Below are positions 1 to 14,000 of a stretch of DNA of 64,000 nt, piece by piece. Position 1 is the first letter of the stretch. Every line of letters starts with the position of its first letter. Source of the stretch: Bispira polyomma (lineage: Eukaryota); assembly GCA_965649765.1 (NCBI GenBank), contig OZ287757.1, positions 7,936,001 to 8,000,000 of the forward strand, read 5' to 3'. The notes under the pieces were generated by a model, which worked only from the letters and a program-made list of their open reading frames with translations, ran no database searches and had not been told where the DNA came from. Position numbers and translations under genes: made by a program.

Positions 1-1363
1 TCATAGCCTTTTATCAACCATTCTTGGCCCTAAATTATTTATATTATACATCAATGATTTGTGTAATGTTTCTACTAATATATTTTGTTCTGGCAATGAC
101 ATAACATCATTAATTAATATTGTACTGCTTGTGGTCATAACTCGGCCGCCTGTTATAAATCGGCCACCATAGAATAAATGTGTCATAACTTCAAATTAAG
201 TACATTTATTGGCTAAACAATACTTTACTTCCTTGAATATTAGTATTGTAATTGTTTTACTTGAATCCTATGGTCTATTTTGTACCTAGATTAATAATAA
301 TTACAATTTAAAATGTGACGGCCGAATTATAACCAGAGGCAGTAACAACTGAATTACATAAACTTCATATATAGTTTTCCATAAATAAACTTTCACTAAA
401 TATTTCAAAAACAAATTATGATTTTTAGTAAAAGATCTGTTCCTGAGGAAGTTAGTGTATGTATTAATAATTTTGAAATAGAAAGAGTCTGTAACAAAGT
501 TTTTACAGGGTTGGCACTAGAAATTTTTAAAGTGGGGTTTTGGGGACCCCACCTCTCATAAAAAGTGGGGTCCCAGAGTAGCTTCCATGTATCCGATAGA
601 TAATTTTCATTTTTGTGACAAATATAATTTAAAAATAATAAAATATATACTATTGTATTTCTACACTTATCAAACAACAGAATATAATAACATAGAATAT
701 GAAAATTTAAGTCAAACACTACAAATTTAATATTGATACTTCTACATCCAAATATATAATTTAACATCAAACAAACCAATGTTAGCCATGAGATATAAAA
801 ATTTAAGTCAAAACACTACAAATTTGATATTTCTACATCCAAATCTATAATTTAACACCAAACATACAAATGTTACCCATGAATTTAAACTAAACATCTA
901 AAAAATAAGCTGTAGCTTAAAAACAAAAAAAATCCCCCCCAAAAATAAGCTGTGTCTCCGTGGTGTAATTGGATAAAACAATTCGATTGTGAAGCCTTAT
1001 TGACCATTGAGTTACATAATTATAATGTAAAATAAAGTTTAGGTACTTACACTATGAATTCAAAAAAGTTGGGCAATTTTCGTATCACCCAGGCCCTGAC
1101 AGAATTTAGAGTTTTAGAAACTACCCATTCAAAACGCCACGACCGGAAGAACCAAATCAAAACATCAAGATCTGCCATTTTTTCTAGATCGCTAGAAACT
1201 GTGATTAAACTTCAAAATATATAAAAATTAAAAGGGAAAAATGGCGATTTCCTCATTTCAAATAAAGTCTGCGTCCTAATGGATGCATTGTATGTATTAA
1301 TTTGCATCCGCTGACGAAAATTCCACGTTTTTAAATACTCGGACGCAGTAAGCGCGAACCCTG

Positions 1364-1940
1364 TTTTATGAATTCAAATAAACTCAGGGTTAAATTGGAA
1401 AGCACAAGTGGCAAATGTCAAAAGTAAGTTATCTAAATGTGTTTCTATTTTATATAAAGCTGGAAAATGCTTAAGCCAATGTTCATTACTAATATTATAC
1501 ACTTCTTTAATACAAGCCTGTGTATTTTACTGTTCAGAAATATGGAGTAAATGTAGTAAAACAGACTTTCAGTCAATTATTGTGTTACAAAAGAAAACCA
1601 TACGGCTCATATGTAAAGTACCTAAACTGACTCGCACAGCTGGTTTAATTAAAAGTTTTAGATCTCATTGAACATAAGATTTGTGTATTATTGTTTAAAG
1701 CATATCATAATTTACTACCCAAAAATTTCAAAGTGTATTTTGTGTTAATATAGGATACTCTAACCTAACGATGCATAGCAATAAATTTAAAGTACAATAC
1801 GCAAGAACAGCAATTTAGGCTAAGTGTATTTCTATTTATGGTGTCCAATTGTGGAACTCATTAGATGTAAATTTAAGAAAATGTAACTCATTATACAAAT
1901 TTAAAAAGATTGTAAAAGGCAAATTTATTTATGGTTATTA
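1364..1940 (+). mobile_element. Degenerate 3' fragment of a non-LTR retrotransposon ORF2 (post-RT region, L2/Crack/CR1-like)
   Basis: ORF 1408-1671 reads KLSKCVSILYK...LLILYTSLIQ..YCSEIWS...IIVLQKKTIRLI, typical of LINE post-RT sequence; continues in another frame to ~1940 (GVQLWNSL...FKK). Confidence 0.7.
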
Positions 1941-3144
1941 GATATTTTTCAAATGATTTTTATGTATTGGTAGACTATTAGTAATATAAAGTAAAGAAAA
2001 TGTAACTCCTTATTCGAGTTAAAAAAATTCTAAAAAGCAAAATTATAATTGGTTATAGGATATTTCTTTAATAATTTGAATGCATTTAAGTAGACTATTA
2101 GTGCAGTTTTATTTAGTCCTGTTATGTGTATATGTTATCAGTATTAAATAAGCTGGAAGTAAACACTTAGGGGATAGTCTTGATAAGTTTTCAATAACTT
2201 CTGCTGTCTAAATTTCAATATTTCTGTAATCTCTAAATTTGTTCTCTTTAGTTTGTTGTATCTATATTTATATTTCCTTTATTATTAATCTCCGTAACTT
2301 TTTTTTGGCATAAGTACAATAATGTTATGCAAACCCAGGTTATTCCTTCATTAAAAGATATAGACACACTATATAGTATAATTATAAGTAAATTGGTGTA
2401 AATTGCTTTTATATATATATACATGTATATCAATAAATTGAATACATATTTGTTTTCATATTTATATATACTTGTCACATAATATTATTATTACAGAAAA
2501 AAATTATTATTATTATTGATTACGTCTACACGGGTGAGAGCAATTCTCGACGATATGGTATAAACAACCTTGTCACAAAATTTTTATACATAACTATAAC
2601 AAAAAAATTGAGTAAAAACAAAATATTCAAATGGTTGTTTATGATTGGTTGAATAAGCCAATTCAGCATTTCGAGAGCGCATGTGCAAAAAAAAGGAGTT
2701 ACTTTTGGTTCGGGATAAATAAACCACTGAAATTTAACTAAAACAGATCACGTATTTACATTTTCTTAAATTAATGTTATAACATACAATTATTAAATAA
2801 CTGAACTTATAATCAAGAAGCTATCATTAAAACCTTTCTTTAGATACTTAGATTGCCCATATTTTTGTGTTATATTAATTGTTTTAATTACTTCTAACAT
2901 TTAAAGTGGAAATAAATTGCCGTCATTTTGTGAGATTTGTCGTTATCGCTCACACATGCTATTATTTATCCCTGTGCTGTCGATGTACACTCAAAATGCT
3001 GAATAGGCATATACTTCCTTACTATAGTTTCTTTTCTTGCATTTGGTTTTTGTACCATGATTATGTATAGAGTCTGAATTTTCCTCTGTCAAGGTTGTTT
3101 ACTGTATTTTCTGACTATCGCTTATCTTCTATTTACGGTTTTAG

Positions 3145-3310
3145 CCCGAGTGCCACATATTCTCCAGAACCCCATAGAGTCACCACACATTCTCAGCCCT
3201 GGTCCCCACCCACTTTTACAGCATTCAAACTCCTGCTGTCGGCCAGGCTCTGTTCTGCTATATGGAGCAACATCTCTGACTGTGACGAGACATTCAACTA
3301 CTGGGAGCCT
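3145..3310 (+). CDS. ALG9: ALG9 exon (first in window)
   Basis: ttttag| ...WSPPTFTAFKLLLSARLCSAIWSNISDCDETFNYWEP |gtgagt. Confidence 0.9.
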
Positions 3311-6300
3311 GTGAGTACGATTTTTTTCGGGCCTCATGGGTAACGCACTCACTTTGAAACACAGAGCAACCGGATATAATCCCAGTCTTGGCTGACCTGG
3401 TTCAGCTAGATACCTAGCTCGAATTACCACTGAATATGGTGTTTTGCTATCATTGGGTTCTATCCCCAGTGGTAGGCTAACATTGTTCAATCCCCAAAAA
3501 CTAAGTTTAAGTAACTAAGCACCCTGTCGCACATCTAATTGTCAGGACTATTGTTTGTCACTGTGGCCAAGTCCTTGATGAACTGATTCGGGAAGTTTGA
3601 GTAAGGATGGTTACAGTTGCCTGGTCAACTAATGCTTTAAAGTAATAATTTTGTTGCAAGATATGATTAAAATAAAAGTGTTTATCAACCAAAACTTTTA
3701 TCTTGATGCCAAGAGGTCAAAATAATGTTCCTTATGTAAAGAGAAATTGGAGTCTTTCTGGATCAGTCTTTATGTTAATGATGTCTTTATGGAAATCAGT
3801 TTTATGTTAATGAGGTGTTTCTGGGACTCTGTCTTTATGTTAATGATATGTTTCTGTGTCAGGTTTTTAACCATGTTTGCTGTTTGTTCCAGTTACACTT
3901 TCTGCTTCATGGGAAGGGCTTCCAGACATGGGAGTATTCTCCAGATTACGCTATTCGGTCCTATGCCTACATATGGATACACCTACTCCCACTGAAAGTT
4001 TACTCCTCTGTCATTTACATTCCTAAGGTAAGTTAACTCACATGTATAACTTACAGTATAGGGACCGGAAAACCCGGAAAGAAGGTATGGAAAAAATTAT
4101 GGAATTTTTGTGTGTGGGATTTGTGTTGGCACCCAGCAAAGACCAATACAAATGTACCAAATATTTGGTATTTTGATGGTCAGTGCACTATTCGAATGGT
4201 AAATTTGAAAAACAATTTTTTGGGTTACATGGATCTTATGATTGCATAATCATTTTTTTGGGGGGGGAACTCCAGTAAACAATGCTATTGGGTCAGTTTT
4301 GACAAAATATATCTTCAACCGATTAATTGGCAAAATCATTTTCTGTAAATTTTATTATAAGTAAGTGCATGAATGGTTGCAATACCGTTCTATTTTACAT
4401 GTAAACATCAATATTCTAGGTTAAATTGTAGTAAAAATACGGCCCAAAATGATTTATAGTTTTTGAAGCTGTAACTATATTAATATTTTCTGGTACAGAT
4501 TGTAAATTTCACTAGACGGTTTTGACATTTGTGATATATCAACCGCCTAGTGATCGATTAACTATTAAGTACTGTCGGATCAATTAATCGATTAATCAAT
4601 GCAGCCTTAAATTGCCCTTGATTAATACTGATATTTATTATGTTGCAGATCCTCCAGTTCTTCATTCTCAAGTTTTTCCTGGCTTTTGCCTGTACTTTGT
4701 GTGAACTTTACTTCTACAAGTAAGTAAATATTCCCGGGTAGTAAAGCTTAAGGGTGCAACAACACATTGAAAGCTCAATATATCCCAATAAATGTTTTCA
4801 ATACAACACAGTAGAACCTCTATTTTACAGACATTTTGGGAGAATGAGAAATTGTTTGGATAATAGAAGGTCCGCAAAAAAGAAGTGGCATTTTAGTATG
4901 AAACATAGCAAAAATTAAGATTGGGGGAGTGAAATTCAGTTCGTAAAATCGAATATTTGGATAATAGAGGGTCGGATAAAAGAGGTTCTACTGTATATTG
5001 AAATACAAAATGTGAAAAGCAATACGTATTGGGTGCGTAATTTTTACAGTAAAATCTTGGTATTCTAGAAATAAGGTGACAAGGTATTTCTCGGCAACAG
5101 AATCAAAAATAAAGCAATGTATGTAGTCTACACTGAAAAAAATTAAATGTTACTCCCAATTTGCATTATTTTTACAGTTTCACTGATTCTGAACTATTTT
5201 TTTTTGGTTTTCAGGTCCATCCTGTCTGCTTTTGGTGCTAACATTGCCCGGCTGACCTTGACCTTCCTGTTGCTGGGTTGTGGGATGTTTATCAGCAGCT
5301 CGAGTTTTCTGCCGAGTAGTTTTACTATGTACACCACCATGCTGGCCTTTGCTGGCTGGTTCTCAAAGGACTACCCCATTGCGGTATTCGGGGTGGCCGC
5401 GGGAACCATCCTAGGATGGCCGTTTGTAGGAGTCCTTGGGTAAGTGTTTGGTGGCTGATAGTTTTATTGTATTGTGATCCCCTGTGGTCAAGTGGTTTGG
5501 GAGTTGGTCTGGTGATCAGAAAAAAATTGTCACCCCCATATCTTATGATTGAAAGATGTTTTTTTCTTTGAAATATATTTTATATTTATTTTCAGTAGTA
5601 TTTGTTACATAAAGTGCATATATAATGAAAATTCCATTTTAAAATGAATGATGAAACTTTCTGGAGCAACTTCATTTTCAACCAGCATTTATACAGAAGT
5701 CACTGGCAAAATTCCAATGATTTTCACTTATATAAAAATGTGAAAGATTCATTAGAAGCAAAAATTAGAATGAAATAATTGATTTTAGTTTATAATTCAT
5801 ATAAAAATATTAAATATTCAGTACATGTATGTATATTTTTTTTGTAGTTTTAATAGTTTATTTGACTTTACCATACATATTTTTATATGTTGTACATCTA
5901 TATATTTATTAGTCTAATATTTATCACTTTAAATATCCTTTAAAAAACCCACTTGGGGGCAGCATTTCCTGGGATATGCTCCACCCAGGGGGTTGGGGAA
6001 GGGTTTGCAGGGTAGAGGATTTTGTGGTACACCAGTACCGGCTGCTAGTTTCATTTAGTGGGATAACATTCTTGGGGAAGATTGAAGCCAATTTACCATA
6101 GTGGCTCGGATCACCACTTAAAATGGCGGTCCTTTGGCACTCGGTTCTATCTCCAGTGGCAGATGAAAGATTATTGGGGACTTTGAGAAATGGTCCTCAT
6201 ATTGGCTGCCCATGACGGTGCGCATTTTGAAACAACCTAATGTCATAAGTGCGCTATAACAAATGTCATATGTTATGCTATTGGTGTACTTAAGGGCTTA

Positions 6301-8041
6301 GTAACGTAAACACATAATCGCTCTCGGGATAAAGCATGCTATGTTTCCGAATATTCATTTCTAGCCTGTATAACATCTATAATGACCTAAATAAATTTCT
6401 GATTAAGGTTTTCAACTCTTTTTATATGTCTAAACAACTTAAAACTTCAATTATTTGCTATAAAGACATCAAAACAACTAGTCTTGTATTGTGACATCCC
6501 AAGTACACCCTTTATACGTGACACAAATCACATACAAAGATGGAATCAATACTACAATATTATACAATATATTCGTGAAAATATTGTACAATTTAGAGGT
6601 TTAAAAGGCACTGTGTATTGACGTGCTAAATAATTTTACAAATAGAGTTTATAGAATTTTTTTTTCTCAGTTTTCATGGTAGAGTTATTATATTATAAAC
6701 TGTAGAACCTCTGTTATCCAAACTTCTATAATCCAAATATTTGATTTGATTAACTCAGTTCTACAATTCTAAAATTTAAGTTTTTTGCAAGTTGTTTAAT
6801 TCGTAAACACCACTTCTATTTTATGAACATTCTATTATCCAAAGAGAAAAAAAGACCTTGTTCTCTCCCAATATGTTCAGATAATCGAGGTTCTAGTGTA
6901 TTTTTTCCTATGTAATCAGAGTTCCCATTGCCTATGACCTCCTAGTAAGACGTGGCTACTGGTGGTTTTTCTCCCAGTGGTCAGTCATCTGGGGACTAGT
7001 CTGTTTGGTAAGTACTTGTTTAATTTTTATCAGGCACCACCTGATATTCTTTTTACTCTTAAAAGGCCGCAGCCATGTTGGAAAAGCGCCACCATCACTT
7101 TTTGAAATTATATGTCAGACCTTCATGGATTGGTTGGCAGCAATCAACCTGGCCAAACTGAGTGGTTAGGTGGGAATAATATTTTTCACACTGTGCGTCT
7201 GCATCTTTTTAAAAGACAACTCTTGTTAGTTTTGTTAGGGTTAAACGTTGCTTTTAACAGCTTATTTCATATCACTGTAAAAGAAATCACTGTAAACCAC
7301 TGACCCTACGACAAGTATCTAACTCCCACATAAAGGGACGAACAGGATCCGAACCAACATTGGTGAGAGGCTAATGATGGTGAGGCAGACGCTTCTAACC
7401 ACTGTGATGCCCCCCAAAGTAATTATTTAGAGACACATCAAAGTATAAACTCGACCATGTGATATAAAATTATCCACCCTTGTATGTTCATCAGATCTTG
7501 ACATTTGGACTAATTAACCGGTACCGGCCGCTTGTTTCATTTGGTGGGATAACATCTTTATGCAAGATGTAAACACAAGTTTGCCTAGTGGCTTAGATGA
7601 CCACTTAAAATGGCGGTCCTCTGTCACTGAGTAATATCTCCAGTGGCAGATTAAAGATCCTTGGGGACGTTGATAAATGGTCATCCTCAAGCACCTCGGC
7701 GCCCATTGTGGCTGCCCATGAGGAAGCGCATTTGAAAGGACGCTGTGTTCCGTAAGTGCGCTATAACAAATGTACTATTTCATAGCCAAACTGTGAGACA
7801 TATGATGATTACCCCACATATACAGGCTATGGATATTTGAATTTAGTTTGTTTTTACGTCATTTTCAACAGCTTCGGTCATTTCACTATGGCCATATTTA
7901 ATGGTGGAAGCAACAACCAATGACATGGCCAGTACCTGACAAATATTCCCACACCATGGAATAAATAAGATTCAAACTCACATTGGTGGGAGGCAAGTGA
8001 TTGTGAAGTCCAACACTACTATGCATTAGGCCACCACATTC

Positions 8042-8072
<31 letters not shown>

Positions 8073-11000
8073 AGCTATTGTGTATTGCTTGTGGCTGAGG
8101 CATTGAGTTGCTGTGTGCCATAAGCAATGCTAATGATATACTCCCACTTGCAGCTTTAGCATTTTCTATTTTACAGAAAAAGAGTCTGAATCATGTTTGG
8201 ATATTAGAGGGTCCATTGTAGTTATTTTTCACACTAGTTGGAATTAAACTATTTTCAGTTTAGACAATTGGCTATTTATTCACTTTTATTCGCTAATGAC
8301 CAGAGGCCGTATTTACAAAAGGTTTTAATCTTAAGATTTTGGTCTTTTATTTTGATGGAAAAGGTCACTATTTTGGGCTTAGTCTCAATGGGAAAAGATC
8401 TTTGTTTAGTGTTGACGTTGCACTAAGACGAACAGATAAGACCAAGACCTTCTGTAAATATATTTACTTTTGTTCACTAATGACGTTGATTTCCTGTTTT
8501 CTCCACCAGGTGCCGTGTGTGTGGATTGATTCCCACTACTTTGGGGGTATTGTGATCGCCCCTCTCAATATCGTCATCTACAACATATTTACTGAGCATG
8601 GGCCAGAAATATATGGTAAGTAGTTCTATAATGGACACCAGTTGTTTATTTGCGGTTGGGGATTTTCAAATATTTAGTGAACTCCATGATTGTCTCTCTG
8701 TCATCTGGTACATTGTACAAAAGTCTTATTCTTTCTTGGCAAGATGTAAAGGCAAGATGCGAACACAAGTTAGCCAAGTCGCTCGGATGACCGCTTAAAA
8801 TGGCGGTCCTCTGTCACTGAGTACTATCTCCGGTGGCAGATCAAAGATCCTTGGGGACGTTATTAAGTGGTCATCATCAAGCAAGCCTTGGCACCCATAG
8901 TGGCTGGCTCCATGAGGAAGCGCATATGAAATGACCCTGTGTTGTATAAGTGCTTTATGACGAATGTCCTATTTCCTTTCATAGTTGAATCTAGTCATTA
9001 AAAGATATACAAAGGAATCAATATGTCAAGAATATTCACTTCTGTCAACAAATACAGGGTAGTTTCTAAAAGAGAAGGCTATTTTGGGGGCTACACAGAG
9101 TTCTATGATGATTATATGTAAATATGTTGTATCATTTTCAGGTACAGAACCCGCCTCGTACTACTTCATCAATGGATTCCTCAACTTTAACATAGCCTTT
9201 TATTTGGCTCTGATCTCCCTTCCACTAACCGTGAGTAATGCAGCTATTTAGACTTACATCTTAAATTAAAGTACGGACCAGCTTAAAAACAGATTTGGGG
9301 TCTATTAGTCAACTTATTATCTTGATAAATCAACTTACTATCTCGATTTATCGACTTACTATCTTGATTTAACGACTTACTATCTCGATAAATCGAGAAG
9401 CAATATATTTTGTGTTTGTTAACTTACTAATGTTGATAAATCATGATACCTAAGTTGATTTATGGAGAAACTAAGTCAATAAATCAAGATATTCAGTTAA
9501 TTTATTGAGATAGTAAGTCGATAAATCGTAATAGCTAAGTCGATTTATTGAGATACTAAGTCGATTTATTGAGATACTAAGTCGATTTATTGAGATTGCG
9601 TTTACTCAAAAACAAATTGTGTAACCCACCATTTTTTAATGTCTCAGTTTAGTCTTTAATACCAAACAGTAGAAGAGCCACTGATCCCCTGCAAAAAAAT
9701 TCTATTTGTCGACTTAGTATCTCAATAAATCGACTTAGTATCTCAATAAATCGACTTAGCTATTACGATTTATCGACTTACTGTCTCAATAAATTAACTG
9801 AATATCTTGATTTATTGACTTAGTTTCTCCATAAATCAACTTAGGTATCATGATTTATCAACTTAGTAAGTTAACAAACACAAAATATATAGCTTCTCGA
9901 TTTATCGAGATAGTAAGTCGACAAATAGAATTTTTTTGCAGGGGATCAGTGGCTCTTATACTGTTTGGTATTAAAGACTAAACTAAGACATTAAAAAATG
10001 GTGGGTTACACAATTTGTTTTTGAGTAAACGCAATGGTCTTAGATAGAATATGACTTGTAAAATATGAATTGTATTGCAAAATACCATTATAATTTCCTG
10101 ACACTAGCTATTTGTTGGAGCCATCCTAACTCATTGGGCAACCCATAGATGCAATTTTTAAGGTACAGAAGTACCCTAATAACCTGCCCAATCAGTTAAG
10201 GTAGTCCCTCCTCACATCAATGAGGTCACATGACCAAGCTTGTTGACTTCAATATTTTGGGTAGTTTTAAGGATATTATTGTGTGGGGAAGGCAGGAGGA
10301 ACTACCTGTGAGTAGTTTAACTATGAAGACTAAAATTTTAAATTCACGCTTTGTGGGCAAGATGTTGACAGCATTTGTTACTCCCAGAGCCTAGGTCTGT
10401 CATGAAGCAGTCAACACCCCCAAAAATATGATTTCATTTTCCTTCAGTTGTTTACAATAGGAAAATTGTCAGTCCACCAGTCTCCTTTGTTTAAAAGATT
10501 ATACATTAGCCCGTTATTAAGTGCTGCAAGTAGTCTGTGGTGTCTTTTAATTCCCGGCGATAGTTTTTTCTTGGGGTCGAAAAGTTTAAGACTAAGTTGG
10601 GACCTTTTATGAAGGAATTAATATAAAAAAAATATTGAAAAACTATTGCAAAAGAACAAAAATTCACTAATCTAAATGTACAAGAAAAATTGTGTATCTT
10701 ATGAAATACTGTACCTATGATCTTGTGAAATATGTGCTTAAAGCATAGAATCTTTGAAACCAAAATTTATTTATATAGAAAATTTATACTTTGATGTATG
10801 TATCTTCGTCTGTATTTAAACATGCTTAAATTTTGCTAAACACTGTGTAACGAAGTTGTGTTGAATGTGATGTAATTAAGCCCTATATAAGGCTGGGCAA
10901 CTGAAAAAGTGTATTGCTTAATATGGCTGATATTGTATTAAAATATATAAAAGTACCAAAAATAGATACGCTGTGGCTGCAGATGGAAATAAAATTAGCT

Positions 11001-14000
11001 TTGGTAAGAAAAAGAAACGAAAAATAGCTGTCAAGAACCATTACATTCACATTTTAGGTAATCATGGTGTCAGGTTAACAAACAGTCATTTTAGAGTAAA
11101 TAGGAATAAAAGACTTAAAACTCGTGTTTTATGCCTGTTTTGTGACACCACTTGTCTTCTTTTTGTATTCCTATATTATAAGCAGGCTTACTTTTTTTGC
11201 AGGTTTTGTTCCGGTTCCTCTTAAAAAAGCCATTGAAAGGTGTGTATGATAAATATGTAATTCTACCCTGTTTAAATTTAATCTAAACTGCTATTTTCCA
11301 GATGTCTTTCCCGAACATGTTTGAATGGAAATGGTTAGTTTGGATAAGAGACAGTTTGTTAAATTGAAGAGGCCTTTCTGTATAAATCAATAAGAAAAGT
11401 TATATTTAGAAATGAGTTTATAAAATAAATTTTACTGAAAACAGAAGTTCAGATAATAGAGGTTCTATCCTATATATATGTCACAGGCTAAATTAAAATC
11501 CAGGCAGATTAAAATTAATTTTAATTTCGCCTAGGCGGATTTTAAATCTGCCTTGACCAAATTAAAAGTTTGATTTTGCCTAGGCGGAATTAAAATTTTA
11601 AAGTTTGTCTAGTAGAATTTTAATCTCGCCTAGGCAGATTTAAAATCCACCTAGACCAAATTTAAATTTAAATTTCACCTAGGCGGATTTAAAATCCACC
11701 TAGGCGAGGTTAAAATAGGAGAAATTAAAATTTCAGATTGAGGCATATTTCAATTTGGTCTGGACAAATTGTAAATCCGCCTAGGAAAAATTAAAATTGT
11801 ACTAGACAAACTTAGAAATTTTAATTCTGCCTAGGCAAAATCATAATTTCACTTTGGTCTAGGTGGATTTAAAAGAAGTATATTGTTCTGTTATTTAAAA
11901 ACAAAATAAAAAAAATCACCTAGTCTTTTTTTTAAAGACTATTCTTGTGATTTTTTTTTTTTTTGATTTTTTTTATTATTATTAATTTTTTTAATTAATT
12001 TATCTATTTATATGGCTGCCTTTCAGTGCCATTTATATATTTAGCTGTCTCTCATATATGTAACATGTCTATATCTATCTATCACAGGTTTACCCATCTG
12101 GCTTCCTCTCAGCGCCATGTACATCTGGATGTTAATCTTCTTCACACGACCACACAAGGAAGAGCGCTTCCTCTACCCCATCTACCCTCTCATCTGCTTT
12201 GCTGCCGGAACCACAGTAGACTATCTTCAGGTTCGTTGGTTGTCATGGTTACCATTTTTGTATGATTATGCCAATGCTTATTGGCATAATTATGCTTTCC
12301 TGAAGAAAGGGAATAGTGGAAGAACCTTGGTTACGCATGGTTACAACGTGTCTACAGGGTAATCTCTGAATCTGTAGAGAGTTGTGCTCTTAAATTTGGT
12401 ATATATACACTTTGTGGTCTCTAGTTGGTCCAAATAGTTGGTAAATATTCGCTTAAATTAATATTTTTATAAATAATTTGCCTTCCTTACCAGTTATTTT
12501 TTTCCAGTTTTTATTTATTTGGCTTAAATTTTATGGGTGGCGAATTTTAGATACAGGAGGAAATTTTAGATTCCTTACTGTATCAAGCTGAGAAAAAAAT
12601 ATATGGTGAACCCAATATATTGCAAACAGGTTAACTGGAATATTTTAAAGGATAAAAATTACAGAAGCTATATGTGTCACAATAGGAATAAACCATATGG
12701 AATCTGAAATGGATGGTTTTTGATGGCAGGAAATATATTTTTTTTGTTTGGTAACAATTATAATTAAACTAAGTGTAGCAGTGTAGCGCTAAAAAAAGTG
12801 TGTGGGAATGCAAAATATGGCCAGGGGGGCTTGCCAAATTTTTGTATCCCCTTACAAAATAATGTATCCCCTGGAAACAAATAAATTTATTCTCTGACTA
12901 TTTATATATGTGTATCATATTTATAAGCTTAAAACTTATAAACCATTTTAGCTGAGTGCTATTTTATTTACCTTTTATGATTTAGATTATTAAAGGATTC
13001 AAGTAAGTGTGACTAAAATATTTATTCTATGTATAGCTTTTGTGATTTGTAAAATGTTTGTGCATAGACCAGCGACAGTTTAGTAAAAACAAATCTGTAA
13101 TTGGATTAAACATGGGCTTTGATTAGCAAGGAACTAATTTTAGTGATAGATTTGTTTGGAGTGCTATAGTGGCTTCTGTACTGATGACTAGTACTTTCTT
13201 TTGTCTATAGGGATAGTAACTAGTGGTTCACTATCTTTGGACTAATTTCGGACGGTTTGCATGCTATAACAGCTAAAAATGAAACTATTAAAATTGGAAT
13301 ATAAATTATGGTTTGGTCATTTCTAGAGCTGTCAAAAAACCCGATAATTTTGTAGGTAAACAAACTAACTTTTGTGAGCTACGAAAATATATAAAAAAAT
13401 GTTTTTATCTGGTTTTAAAGCAAACTTGTGTGAAAAATATATTCAAAACATTTTTTAAAGCGTTTCGGTTGTATATGCATGTGTTTCAGATTTTACTTTG
13501 AATTTTGCCTTTGGTATACCTAACTTGGTACCCACAGTAAATGGTTCTCGAAATCCATTTTGATCGCTGACTATTGACTGGTTCACTATTTCCAGACTCG
13601 TTAGTATCTTGCTTTGTAGTGGCATTATCATGATATGGCCGCCAGGCCATTCTCTTCCTGTTGAAACTTGTATAACAACAGAGAAAGCCCTATGTAACAA
13701 GAACCAATTAAATTTCCTGAAAATTAGAAATCAAGAACAATTTTTCTGCTCTCAATATTCAAAAATAATTAATTTAAACCCCTTTTATGACCGAGGGAAC
13801 AGTTTTACTGTAAACCACACTAAACAGCCATATTTGGCCTTATTTTTATACACGATTATGAGTTTCAGTCAATATTATACAAAATGTAATGTTCAAAAGT
13901 CACTCCTCTCACTTTAATTCATAGTAACAATATTAAGCGCTCTCTCACACAATCTGGTAACGATCTTGACCTCATCAAGTAAACTGCAAATGTTCCTATG

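Noticed and set aside
950-1000. tRNA gene (also ~15555-15620 and ~26095-26165)
   Set aside because: Only partial A/B-box-like pieces with no full cloverleaf; better explained as SINE heads.
506-1363. hAT element with CAGGGTT...AACCCTG ends
   Set aside because: TIR match is short and there is no 8-bp TSD; may be two unrelated MITE ends.
1-3144. ALG9 first coding exon or promoter
   Set aside because: No convincing ATG-initiated exon with a phase-2 donor was found; region is mostly repeat remnants.
9310-9600. Regular 21-bp repeats resembling a CRISPR array
   Set aside because: Units are contiguous with no unique spacers, switch orientation, lie in a eukaryotic intron, and have no cas genes nearby.
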